Shown one piece after another: positions 1-8,111 of a stretch of 27,936 bases of DNA. Position numbers and translations under genes: made by a program. Each line of letters starts with the position of its first letter. The first letter of the stretch is position 1. A model generated the notes under the pieces. It was not told the DNA's origin. It worked only from the letters and a program-made list of their open reading frames with translations, and ran no database searches. Source of the stretch: Desulfobacterales bacterium (GTDB lineage: Bacteria > Desulfobacterota > DSM-4660 > Desulfatiglandales > Desulfatiglandaceae). The stretch spans positions 1-27,936 of the forward strand of contig JAMOVZ010000399.1 of assembly GCA_027061865.1 (NCBI GenBank), given 5' to 3'.

Positions 1-1
1 C

Positions 2-268
2 TGTGCAGTTTTGGGTGGAGCAAATATATATGGAGGAGAAGGCCGAATCATTGGCACCTTATTGGCCAGCTTACTCATAGGTTACCTCAAATATGGCCTT
101 CAAATGGTTAACATAACTTCACATCAGACTAATGTGTTTCTTGGTTTATTACTGGTCACCTCCATTTCGGCAGTTCATTTTTGGGGGAAATTTACTGACG
201 CATATAAAAACAAACGGGCCTTCAACTTGAATCGCTCACAAGTGTTGTCAGAGGAACACTCTACATAG
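2..268 (+). CDS. lsrD: AI-2/sugar ABC transporter permease, LsrD-like (C-terminal part; runs off the left edge)
   Basis: Frame is open from the window start. It reads CAVLGGANIYGGEGRIIGTLLASLLIGYL..GLQM, matching the LsrD/RbsC C-terminal motif LGGxxIxGGxG, and lies directly upstream of lsrB. Confidence 0.8.
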   Translation, partial: CAVLGGANIYGGEGRIIGTLLASLLIGYLKYGLQMVNITSHQTNVFLGLLLVTSISAVHFWGKFTDAYKNKRAFNLNRSQVLSEEHST

Positions 269-477
269 ATTTGTTTGTTGAGAATGGGGAGTTACATTCA
301 TGAAATTAATCAAGACACAAGCTGCCAACTCAAAGATGGAGGCCCGAAGAGCCTCTCCATTGCTGGGAATCAAAGGAAACTGCGAAATGAAAGGGGGTGA
401 TGCTCTTTAAAAGATTACATGGAGGCGCGGAGGATGGTTTTTTTATAAGACCCACATCAACTAAGGGAGGAAGAAAG

Positions 478-1530
478 ATGAAACGATTTACTATTTTCTT
501 TATCCTCGGGCTGTTGACCTTGGCACTGGGAACAACAGCTTATGCAGAGAAAAAATTCAAGATCGCTTTTATACCCAAGATTATTGGTAATACATTCTTT
601 GAAGTGGCTGGCGCCCACGCTGTGGAGATGGGCAAAAAATTGGGTGTTGAAGTAAAGTATGATGGCCCGGCAGAGGCCTCTGTGGCAGCTCAGGTTAAGT
701 TTATTAATACTTTTGTTAATATGGGATATGATGCCATCGTTATTTCAGCACTAGATCCCAAAGGGTTGAACCAAGCTCTCAAAAGGGCAATGGCCAGGGG
801 AGTAGTAATTGTTACATGGGACTCAGACGTAGATCCTGACTATCGTACCTTTTACGTGAATCAGGGCACTCCTGACATATTGGGACGGCTTTTGGTAAAC
901 ATGGTGTTGAACCAGCTCGGCACCTGGCATGGCAAGTTTAAGGTGGCCTTCCATTATTCCTCACCTACTGTTACGGACCAAAACTCCTGGGTAAAATATG
1001 CGAAGAAGATCATAACCGAGGAGCATCCTGAGTGGGAAATTGTTACCACACAGTACTCTGATATGAATTTCCCTAAGGCCGTCTCGGTTGGCGAACAAAT
1101 ACTAAAAACCTATCCTGATATTAATGCCATCATATGCCCTGACTCCACTGCGTTCCCCGGACAAGCCAAGGCCGTAGAGAATCTAAACATGTCAGGTAAA
1201 GTTATCGTGGTGGGTTTCACCACACCGAGCACTATCAAACAATACATAAAGAGAGGAACCGTGCTTCAAGGAGGTCTCTGGGACTGTGGAGTGCAGGGCG
1301 CAGCGGGAGTATATGTTGCCTACAAGCTCTTGAAAGGTGAGAAAATAGAGGTAGGCACCTCATTCGAGATTCCTGGTATCCCCGGAAAATTCAAGGTGGT
1401 CCCAAATAAGCTCCAGGGTGGAGAAATGTACGAAAGGCCAAAATATGAGAACCGAAATGATAATGGAATTGTTCTCTTACCCGAGAGGCTTATCTTTACC
1501 AGATACAACATAGATAAATACAACTTTTAA
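478..1530 (+). CDS. lsrB: AI-2 ABC transporter periplasmic binding protein LsrB
   Basis: Signal peptide followed by LsrB motifs IAFIPK, YDGP, TWDSD, YVNQGT, YSSPTVTDQN, HPEWEIVTTQ and NGIVLLPERLIF..NIDKYNF. GGGAGG at 465-470 favours ATG 478 over the ORF-track start at 397. Confidence 0.93.
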   Translation: MKRFTIFFILGLLTLALGTTAYAEKKFKIAFIPKIIGNTFFEVAGAHAVEMGKKLGVEVKYDGPAEASVAAQVKFINTFVNMGYDAIVISALDPKGLNQALKRAMARGVVIVTWDSDVDPDYRTFYVNQGTPDILGRLLVNMVLNQLGTWHGKFKVAFHYSSPTVTDQNSWVKYAKKIITEEHPEWEIVTTQYSDMNFPKAVSVGEQILKTYPDINAIICPDSTAFPGQAKAVENLNMSGKVIVVGFTTPSTIKQYIKRGTVLQGGLWDCGVQGAAGVYVAYKLLKGEKIEVGTSFEIPGIPGKFKVVPNKLQGGEMYERPKYENRNDNGIVLLPERLIFTRYNIDKYNF

Positions 1531-1542
1531 TACACTATTCAA

Positions 1543-1576
1543 AGGGCAAGGGGGCATTGACCGGCCTTCTTGCCCT
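1543..1576 (+). other. GC-rich stem-loop between lsrB and lsrK (probable mRNA-stabilising or attenuating hairpin)
   Basis: AGGGCAAGGGGGC-ATTGACCG-GCCTTCTTGCCCT forms a 13-bp stem with 2 G-U pairs and has no clear U-tract. Confidence 0.6.
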
Positions 1577-1612
1577 ATTGGAACAAGGAATAACAACACT
1601 CAGGGGGATACT

Positions 1613-3169
1613 ATGGGATATTTTTTGGTGATAGACGCAGGCACTGGAAGTGGCAGGGTCGTGGTATTCAACGAAAAAGGCCACCAAATTGGCTTTGCTC
1701 AAAAGGAATGGCGTCATTTGAATCTCACCGGTGTCCCGGGTGCCATTGATTTTGATGTAAAAGAAAACTGGAAAATCATTAAAAGCTTAATTCGAGAGGC
1801 CATATCCACCTCAAGGATCAATAGTAGGGAAATCAAGGCTATTACCTCTACATCAATGAGAGAGGGATTGGTGCTTTATGATGAGGCTGGCAATGAAATA
1901 TGGGCCTGCTCCAATATTGATGCCCGCGCGGAGGCGGAAGTGGCTTTCTTAAAAGAACAAGGACTTGAAAAGGAAATTTACGAACGAACCGGCCAGACCT
2001 TTTCCATCTCTGATGTACCGAGGCTATTATGGATAAAGCGCAACTTGCCAAATATCTATAGCAAGATCCATAGTCTCGGAATGATAAGCGATTGGGTCAT
2101 TTATAAATTGTCTGGAGAATTCCGAGCAGAACCTTCCAATGTGTCCACATCCGGATTCTTTGATACTATGGGTCGACAATGGTCTGAGGATCTAATAAGA
2201 AAGCTTGGCCTCCCCGCCGATATCTTGCCTCCTGTGATAGAGCCGGGCACTGTAGTGGGAACGCTACTAAGTGAACTGGCCCAGGAGCTAGGACTTCCCA
2301 ATGACGTTCTGGTGGTAATGGGTGGAGGCGATGCCCAGCTTGCTACAATAGGGGTTGGAGCTGTAAACAATCGAGACACAGTTATTATTGGAGGGACATT
2401 CTGGCAACAAGAGGTAAACGTCACTCGCCCTATTCCCCACCCGGAATGCAAAATTAGGATAAATTCTCATGCAGTTCCTGGATTATGGCAGTTTGAGGGT
2501 ATTTCCTTCCTGATTGGTCTAACCATGAGATGGTTTAGGGATGCCTTTTGTGGGCAGGAAAAGAAGATAGCTGAAGAGTTAGGAATCTCGGCCTATACCC
2601 TATTAAGTGCACAAAGCAGGAATATACCCCCGGGATCTTATGGGATCCTGCCCATATTTTCCAACATCATGGATTATATAGAGTGGAAGCATGCAGCTCC
2701 TTCATTGATGAATTTTGACATAAACGAACCTGAAAAATATGGAAAGCCTGCCGTATTTAAGGCATTGATGGAGAATGCTTGTTTCAACAGTCTAGGCAAC
2801 CTTAGGGAAATCAGCAACGTAGTGGGCTATTTCCCTGAAGAGGTCACCTTTGCCGGAGGAGCTTCTTACAGCCCGGAGTGGTCTATGGTTTTGGCCAGTG
2901 TTCTCGGCACCAGGGTAAAGGTACCCAAAGTGAAGGAGGCCACTGCTTTAGGAGGAATGATATGTGCATCAATCGGAGCCGGAATCTATGGTAGTTTTCA
3001 AGAGGCAGTAGATAAAGTAGTGCGGTTCGAGGCGACTTTCGAACCTGATCCAGAAGATAATCAAACCTATCTGGAAGTCTATGAGAGATGGAAAGAGGTT
3101 TACAACAATATCCTGGCACTTTCCGATAAAGGCCTTTTGAGGCATATGTGGAAGGCGCCGGGTCTTTAA
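1613..3169 (+). CDS. lsrK: AI-2 kinase LsrK (FGGY family)
   Basis: DAGTGS N-terminal motif, EWRH...VPGAIDFD..NW, TSMREG.VLYD, WACSNIDARA and GGTFWQQ are all LsrK-like. It lies within the lsr operon. Confidence 0.92.
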   Translation: MGYFLVIDAGTGSGRVVVFNEKGHQIGFAQKEWRHLNLTGVPGAIDFDVKENWKIIKSLIREAISTSRINSREIKAITSTSMREGLVLYDEAGNEIWACSNIDARAEAEVAFLKEQGLEKEIYERTGQTFSISDVPRLLWIKRNLPNIYSKIHSLGMISDWVIYKLSGEFRAEPSNVSTSGFFDTMGRQWSEDLIRKLGLPADILPPVIEPGTVVGTLLSELAQELGLPNDVLVVMGGGDAQLATIGVGAVNNRDTVIIGGTFWQQEVNVTRPIPHPECKIRINSHAVPGLWQFEGISFLIGLTMRWFRDAFCGQEKKIAEELGISAYTLLSAQSRNIPPGSYGILPIFSNIMDYIEWKHAAPSLMNFDINEPEKYGKPAVFKALMENACFNSLGNLREISNVVGYFPEEVTFAGGASYSPEWSMVLASVLGTRVKVPKVKEATALGGMICASIGAGIYGSFQEAVDKVVRFEATFEPDPEDNQTYLEVYERWKEVYNNILALSDKGLLRHMWKAPGL

Positions 3170-3201
3170 CGCATACTTGCAATTAAAGAAAGGAGAAATA
3201 A

Positions 3202-3555
3202 ATGTTTTTAACCAATGAATCAGAACACGAATACCGCTTTGGAGATAACGGCCCCAAATATTTGTCTAGGGGGCCTCGTACCGATTTTGGAATCGTCACT
3301 CTTTTACCAGGGCAGGATTTTCCAGCTCATAAACATACTCGTATTGAAGAGGCCTTTTTCACCATCGAAGGGGAAGTTCATCTTTACTTGGATGGACAAT
3401 GTCATGTGCTTAAAAAGGGAGATTATCTACGTTGTGATCCAGGTGAAGTTCACTATGTGATCAATAAGGGTAAAGTTCCATGGAAAGCCGTATTTGTAAA
3501 GGCCCCATATGACCCTGATGATGGAGTCACAGTAGACTGGAAGCCCGAAGAGTAA
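3202..3555 (+). CDS. Small metal-binding cupin (Cupin_2) protein
   Basis: Cupin motif 1 PGQDFPAHKHTRIEEAFFTIEG and motif 2 GDYLRCDPGEVHYVIN supply His/His/Glu/His ligands. RBS AAGGAG upstream. Confidence 0.85.
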   Translation: MFLTNESEHEYRFGDNGPKYLSRGPRTDFGIVTLLPGQDFPAHKHTRIEEAFFTIEGEVHLYLDGQCHVLKKGDYLRCDPGEVHYVINKGKVPWKAVFVKAPYDPDDGVTVDWKPEE

Positions 3556-3593
3556 ATAAAAAATTCTAAACAAGAAAAAGGAGGATAATTCAC

Positions 3594-4499
3594 ATGCCAG
3601 ACATGGAAGATTTAAGAGAGGCAGAAAAGTTTCACCTTGATACTCCTCAGCAAACTCCAGGGTTTTTCTTAAAGGGCTCAAATGGATTGGATTGGGGAAT
3701 GAAAAATAGGCTCTCCAGGATCTTCAATCCAAATACAGGACGTACCGTTATGCTTGCCATAGACCATGGATACTTTCAAGGCCCTACCACAGGTCTTGAG
3801 AGGATCGATTTGGACATCTTGCCCCTCCTCCAGCACGCTGATACACTCATGCTTACGCGTGGGATCTTGAGATCCCTCATCCCCCCATCTAACACCATCC
3901 CCATAGTGCTAAGGGTATCGGGAGGAACCAGTATCTTAAAAGAATTGTCCAACGAAGAGATAGCGGTTGACATTGAAGATTCTATTCGTCTCAACGTATG
4001 TGCTATGGCAGTGCAAGTCTTTATAGGAGGGGAATATGAGCGCCAGTCTATTATAAACATGACGCGCATGGTGGACCTGGGCACACGCTATGGTATACCC
4101 ACATTAGCCGTAACTGCAGTGGGAAAAGACATGGCGAGAGATGCCAGATACTTCAGGCTTGCTACCCGGATTTGTGCTGAACTGGGAGCCCATTACATAA
4201 AAACATATTATGTGGAAAAGGGATTTGAGACGGTTACTGCCTCGTGCCCCGTACCCATAGTAATGGCAGGAGGTAAAAAGATTCCTGAATTGAATGCATT
4301 GACTATGGCCTATAATGCAGTACAACAGGGTGCTGCAGGGGTAGATATGGGGCGCAATATCTTTCAGTCAGAGGCACCAACTGCAATGCTTCAAGCTATA
4401 AAGGCGGTGGTCCATGAAAATGAAACACCTCAAAAGGCCTTTGATTTATACATGACACTGAAGAAGGAATCCTCGTCACAAAATACTCCCGAGGGATAA
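3594..4499 (+). CDS. lsrF: 3-hydroxy-5-phosphonooxypentane-2,4-dione thiolase LsrF
   Basis: [31 protein letters not shown], catalytic Lys in IKTYY, and [22 protein letters not shown]. Confidence 0.95.
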   Translation: MPDMEDLREAEKFHLDTPQQTPGFFLKGSNGLDWGMKNRLSRIFNPNTGRTVMLAIDHGYFQGPTTGLERIDLDILPLLQHADTLMLTRGILRSLIPPSNTIPIVLRVSGGTSILKELSNEEIAVDIEDSIRLNVCAMAVQVFIGGEYERQSIINMTRMVDLGTRYGIPTLAVTAVGKDMARDARYFRLATRICAELGAHYIKTYYVEKGFETVTASCPVPIVMAGGKKIPELNALTMAYNAVQQGAAGVDMGRNIFQSEAPTAMLQAIKAVVHENETPQKAFDLYMTLKKESSSQNTPEG

Positions 4500-4564
4500 T
4501 CAGTTAGGAAAACTTTCTCGTTGCCTTAATTTTGAAATCCTTTGGGATAAGACGTCAGATCGAA

Positions 4565-4616
4565 TTATGTCAAATTTGATATAACGCATTGAAAATCTTA
4601 GTGGATTTCAATTGCG
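4565..4616. promoter_or_regulatory. Two adjacent inverted repeats upstream of aor (candidate operators)
   Basis: TTATGTCAAATTTGATATAA (4565-4584) has 9 of 10 positions paired. CGCATTGAAAATC-N6-GATTTCAATTGCG (4585-4616) is an imperfect inverted repeat. Confidence 0.45.
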
Positions 4617-4730
4617 ATTTGGCGGTCTTTAATTTATATTCAATTATGATGTCTTAAAGTCCTCACCAGGAGAGGGCTGCCCACCATTTTTAGTAATCAT
4701 TTAACCCACCTAAGAAGAAAGGAGGCCGCC

Positions 4731-6461
4731 ATGTTCAAGATCTTGAGAGTCAACATGTCAGATCTTTCAGTGAACGTTGAGGACATTCCTGAGCATTACC
4801 AAGGACTGGGCGGACGGGGGCTCACATCGGCCATCGTTGCCCGGGAGGTCCCACCTACCTGCTCTGCCATTGGCCCTAACAATAAACTAGTCTTTGCCCC
4901 AGGGCTATTGGGGGCAACAGCATGCGCCAATTCAGGCCGCATATCAGTTGGCGGAAAAAGCCCCCTTACTGGCACCATCAAGGAATCCAATTCCGGGGGC
5001 CAAGCAGGTCAATACCTGGCAAGGCTTGGCATTGCCGCCATAGTGGTGGAAGGGCTCCCTGAAGAGGGCAAGCTTTACAAGCTGTTTGTGGGCAAAGACA
5101 AATACGAACTCTCCCCTGCTGATGACCTGAAAGGCCTCGGCAACTATGACACTGTTGACAGGCTTAAGGGCCAGTTTGGCGAAAAGGTGGGTTATGTGAG
5201 CATTGGGCAGGCAGGAGAGTGGAAGATGGCAGGGGCCAGCGTTGCCTTCACGGACAGAGAAATTCGGCCCACACGCCATGCAGGCCGCGGGGGCATGGGT
5301 GCTGTAATGGGCTCAAAGGGGCTCAAGGCCATTATAATTGATCCAGAGGGTGGCGAGCTGGCGCCAATAAAGGACAAGGAGGCATTTAAAGAGGCTTCCA
5401 AACGTTTTACAAATGCCCTGAAGGAGCATCCAGTAACCAGCCAGGGACTTACCAACTATGGAACAGACATCCTGATCAATATCATAAATGAGGCGGGCGG
5501 GCTTCCCACCCGTAACTTCAGCTCTGGAAGATTTGAAGGCGCGGAAAAGGTGGCTGGAGAAACCCTCAACCAGATCACCCAGGAGCGGAAGGGTGTAGTC
5601 AGCCACGGATGCATGTCAGGGTGCATCATCCGCTGCTCTGGCATCTACCTTGACCAGCAGGGCAATTATCTCACCAAGTGGCCTGAGTACGAAACGGTCT
5701 GGGCGTGGGGGCCAAACTGCGGAATTGACGACCTGGATGCAATCGCCCGAATTGACAGGGCCTGTGATGACTATGGCCTGGACACCATTGAGATAGGAAA
5801 CTCCATAGCTGTGGCCATGGAAGCAGGGATAAAAGAATTTGGCGATGCAGCAGGAGCCGAGGAGCTGCTTGCAGAAATCGGCAAAGGCACTCCTTTAGGA
5901 AGAATCCTGGGCTCAGGGGCTGCCATTGTTGGCAAGACCTTTGGGGTCCGAAGGGTGCCAGTGGTTAAGAGTCAGGCTCTTCCTGCCTATGACCCCCGGG
6001 CAATAAAGGGGATTGGGGTCACCTATGCCACCTCCACCATGGGAGCTGATCACACTGCTGGATATGCTGTTGCAACCAATATCATGAAGGTGGGTGGCGA
6101 TGTGGATCCGTTGAAGACCGAGGGGCAGGTGGAGCTGTCCCGCAGCCTTCAGATTGCAACGGCAGTGATTGACACCCTTGGCCTTTGCCTCTTCGTGGCC
6201 TTTCCCGTAATGGACATGCCTGATGCCTTTAACGCCATTGTGGACATGGTGAATGCAAAGTATGGGCTTTCCATGACTGCTGACGATGTTACCGCCCTTG
6301 GGCAGAAGATCCTCAAGATGGAGCGGGACTTCAACACCAGGGCCGGATTTAACCAGGCAGACGACAGGCTTCCCGAATTCTTTATGACCGAAAAACTCCC
6401 ACCCCACAATGAAGTCTTTGACATCAAAGAAGAAGAACTGGACTCCCTTTTTAACTTCTAG
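4731..6461 (+). CDS. aor: Tungsten-dependent aldehyde:ferredoxin oxidoreductase (AOR/WOR family)
   Basis: GLGGRG, KSPLTGTIKESNSGG, AGRGGMGAVMGSKGLKAI, Cys cluster CMSGCIIRC, EYET, CDDYGLDTI, GLCLF and DDRLPEFF. 576 aa. RBS AAAGGAGG. Confidence 0.92.
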   Translation: MFKILRVNMSDLSVNVEDIPEHYQGLGGRGLTSAIVAREVPPTCSAIGPNNKLVFAPGLLGATACANSGRISVGGKSPLTGTIKESNSGGQAGQYLARLGIAAIVVEGLPEEGKLYKLFVGKDKYELSPADDLKGLGNYDTVDRLKGQFGEKVGYVSIGQAGEWKMAGASVAFTDREIRPTRHAGRGGMGAVMGSKGLKAIIIDPEGGELAPIKDKEAFKEASKRFTNALKEHPVTSQGLTNYGTDILINIINEAGGLPTRNFSSGRFEGAEKVAGETLNQITQERKGVVSHGCMSGCIIRCSGIYLDQQGNYLTKWPEYETVWAWGPNCGIDDLDAIARIDRACDDYGLDTIEIGNSIAVAMEAGIKEFGDAAGAEELLAEIGKGTPLGRILGSGAAIVGKTFGVRRVPVVKSQALPAYDPRAIKGIGVTYATSTMGADHTAGYAVATNIMKVGGDVDPLKTEGQVELSRSLQIATAVIDTLGLCLFVAFPVMDMPDAFNAIVDMVNAKYGLSMTADDVTALGQKILKMERDFNTRAGFNQADDRLPEFFMTEKLPPHNEVFDIKEEELDSLFNF

Positions 6462-6471
6462 CCATGCTTTA

Positions 6472-6501
6472 CTCCCTGCCCTCTTGCTGGGGGGCAGGGA
6501 G
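6472..6501. terminator. Strong hairpin between the convergent aor and glcD-like genes
   Basis: CTCCCTGCCCTC-TTGCTG-GGGGGCAGGGAG forms a 12-bp stem. There is no U-tract on either strand, so terminator function is uncertain. Confidence 0.5.
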
Positions 6502-6511
6502 CCCTAAAGGC

Positions 6512-7900
6512 TCACAAGATCTTCCCAGGATTCAGTATGTGATTTGGATCAAAGAGCTCTTTCAGCCTTCTCATCCATTGGAGCGCCTCTCCGTGCTCTT
6601 GGGCCATATAGCGCCGCTTTCCAAGGCCGATGCCGTGCTCTCCGCTGGCCGTGCCTCCCAGTTCAATGGCCTTCCGCACGATCCTGTCACTGATCTCCCA
6701 GATCCTTGCCCACTCCTCCCTGTCTCCCTCTTTGCCCATGAAGATTGCATGAATGTTCCCATCTCCTGCATGGCAAAACACGTATCCAGGAATACCTGCC
6801 TTTTTCACTTCCTCACTTGCAAAGGCAACCATCCGGGGAAACTGGCTTATGGGCACTGCCACATCAGTGGTTAACTGCTTTCTGCCCACATTTATCCTTG
6901 GGATTATCTCCCCAAGGGCATGCCTTGTCTTCCAAAGGTTGTCCCGCTCCTTCCTCCCAATGCCTGACCTGAAAGAAATGGACCCGCAGCCTTTGGCAAT
7001 CTCCTCTGCTATGGCCATCACTTCTGCCAAATAATCCTTGCTTGGGCCATGAAACTCCACCAAAAGCACTGGGGCGCGGGGGAGTTCTATCCCGCTGTGG
7101 CTCCCAAAAAGTTGTGAGACCTCTGAGTCCAATAACTCAAGGGCAGCGGGCTCAAGCCCAGCCCTTAGCATCTCGAAGACCGCGGTTGCGGCCTGGGCCT
7201 CTTCCTTGAAGGAGATTAGAGCTGAAGAGAACTCTTGCGGCAGCCCTCTGAGCCTTACTGTTGCCTCAACCACCACCCCGAGGGTACCCTCTGAGCCCAC
7301 AAAAAGATCCAGGAGTTTATAGCCTGAAGAACTCTTAGAGGCCCGGGTGCCCACTTCAATGATCTGGCCATCAGCAAGGACCACCTTGAGCCTCAGCAAA
7401 TTATCCTTGGTGGAGCCGTATCTAAGGGCCCGCGTGCCGCTTGCATTATTGGCCACCATCCCCCCTATCGTGGCGCCGGCGCCTGGGTCTGGAGGAAAAA
7501 AGAGGCCTTTGTGGCGCAACTTATCGTTTAGATCCTTATAAACAAGGCCAGACTCCACATCGGCCTGAAAGTCCTGCTCCCGGATTTCCAGTATACGGTT
7601 CATCTGGGTGAAATCCAGCACTATCCCCCTTTTTACGGGAATCGGATTGCCCTCCAGGCTGCTTCCCGCCCCCCATGGGGTTACAGGGATCTTGGCCTCA
7701 TTGGCAAACCTCAAGATTTCACTAACCTCTTGAGGGGATATGGGCCAAATCACCACCTCTGGCTTTACAGGCCCGTGATGTGATTGATCCCTGGCGTGAA
7801 GCTCAAGGTTTGATCGGCCTGTGGAAATCCTATCTTCCTGTACGATGCGGGAAAGCTTTTGTATCTCTTCCTGGCCCAACCAACGATATTCCATTGTCAT
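6512..7900 (-). CDS. FAD-linked 2-hydroxyacid oxidoreductase (GlcD / D-lactate dehydrogenase family)
   Basis: PWGAGSSLEG, FFPPDPGAGATIGGMVANNASG, FVGSEGTLG, HAGDGNIH and GEHGIG. GGGGAG lies 7 nt upstream of ATG 7900. Confidence 0.9.
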   Translation of the reverse strand: MTMEYRWLGQEEIQKLSRIVQEDRISTGRSNLELHARDQSHHGPVKPEVVIWPISPQEVSEILRFANEAKIPVTPWGAGSSLEGNPIPVKRGIVLDFTQMNRILEIREQDFQADVESGLVYKDLNDKLRHKGLFFPPDPGAGATIGGMVANNASGTRALRYGSTKDNLLRLKVVLADGQIIEVGTRASKSSSGYKLLDLFVGSEGTLGVVVEATVRLRGLPQEFSSALISFKEEAQAATAVFEMLRAGLEPAALELLDSEVSQLFGSHSGIELPRAPVLLVEFHGPSKDYLAEVMAIAEEIAKGCGSISFRSGIGRKERDNLWKTRHALGEIIPRINVGRKQLTTDVAVPISQFPRMVAFASEEVKKAGIPGYVFCHAGDGNIHAIFMGKEGDREEWARIWEISDRIVRKAIELGGTASGEHGIGLGKRRYMAQEHGEALQWMRRLKELFDPNHILNPGKIL

Positions 7901-8111
7901 CTTTACACTCCCCTGATTTATGCTATCTAATCTCAACCATTGAGACAATGAAGGCTAACACAGGCATAGGCCGTATGGCAACTTGACAGTTTTACTGCTT
8001 TTTCCTTTGAATTTCAGATAATTCCCTGGTATGCATATGACCATCCAAAAGACCCGTGCGCCCAGTGCATACTCGCCCGCCTGAGGCCGAGAGGAGTTGT
8101 AGTCAAAGACT

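Noticed and set aside
269-477. Known riboswitch (for example c-di-GMP-I) in the lsrD-lsrB spacer
   Set aside because: The conserved GCAAAC...GNRA...GACGCAAAGC pattern is absent.
4630-4730. Moco/Wco riboswitch upstream of aor
   Set aside because: Only a short hairpin (GTCCTC-ACCAGGA-GAGGGC) is visible, and the multi-stem Moco motif is not evident. An Infernal search with the Rfam Moco model would settle it.
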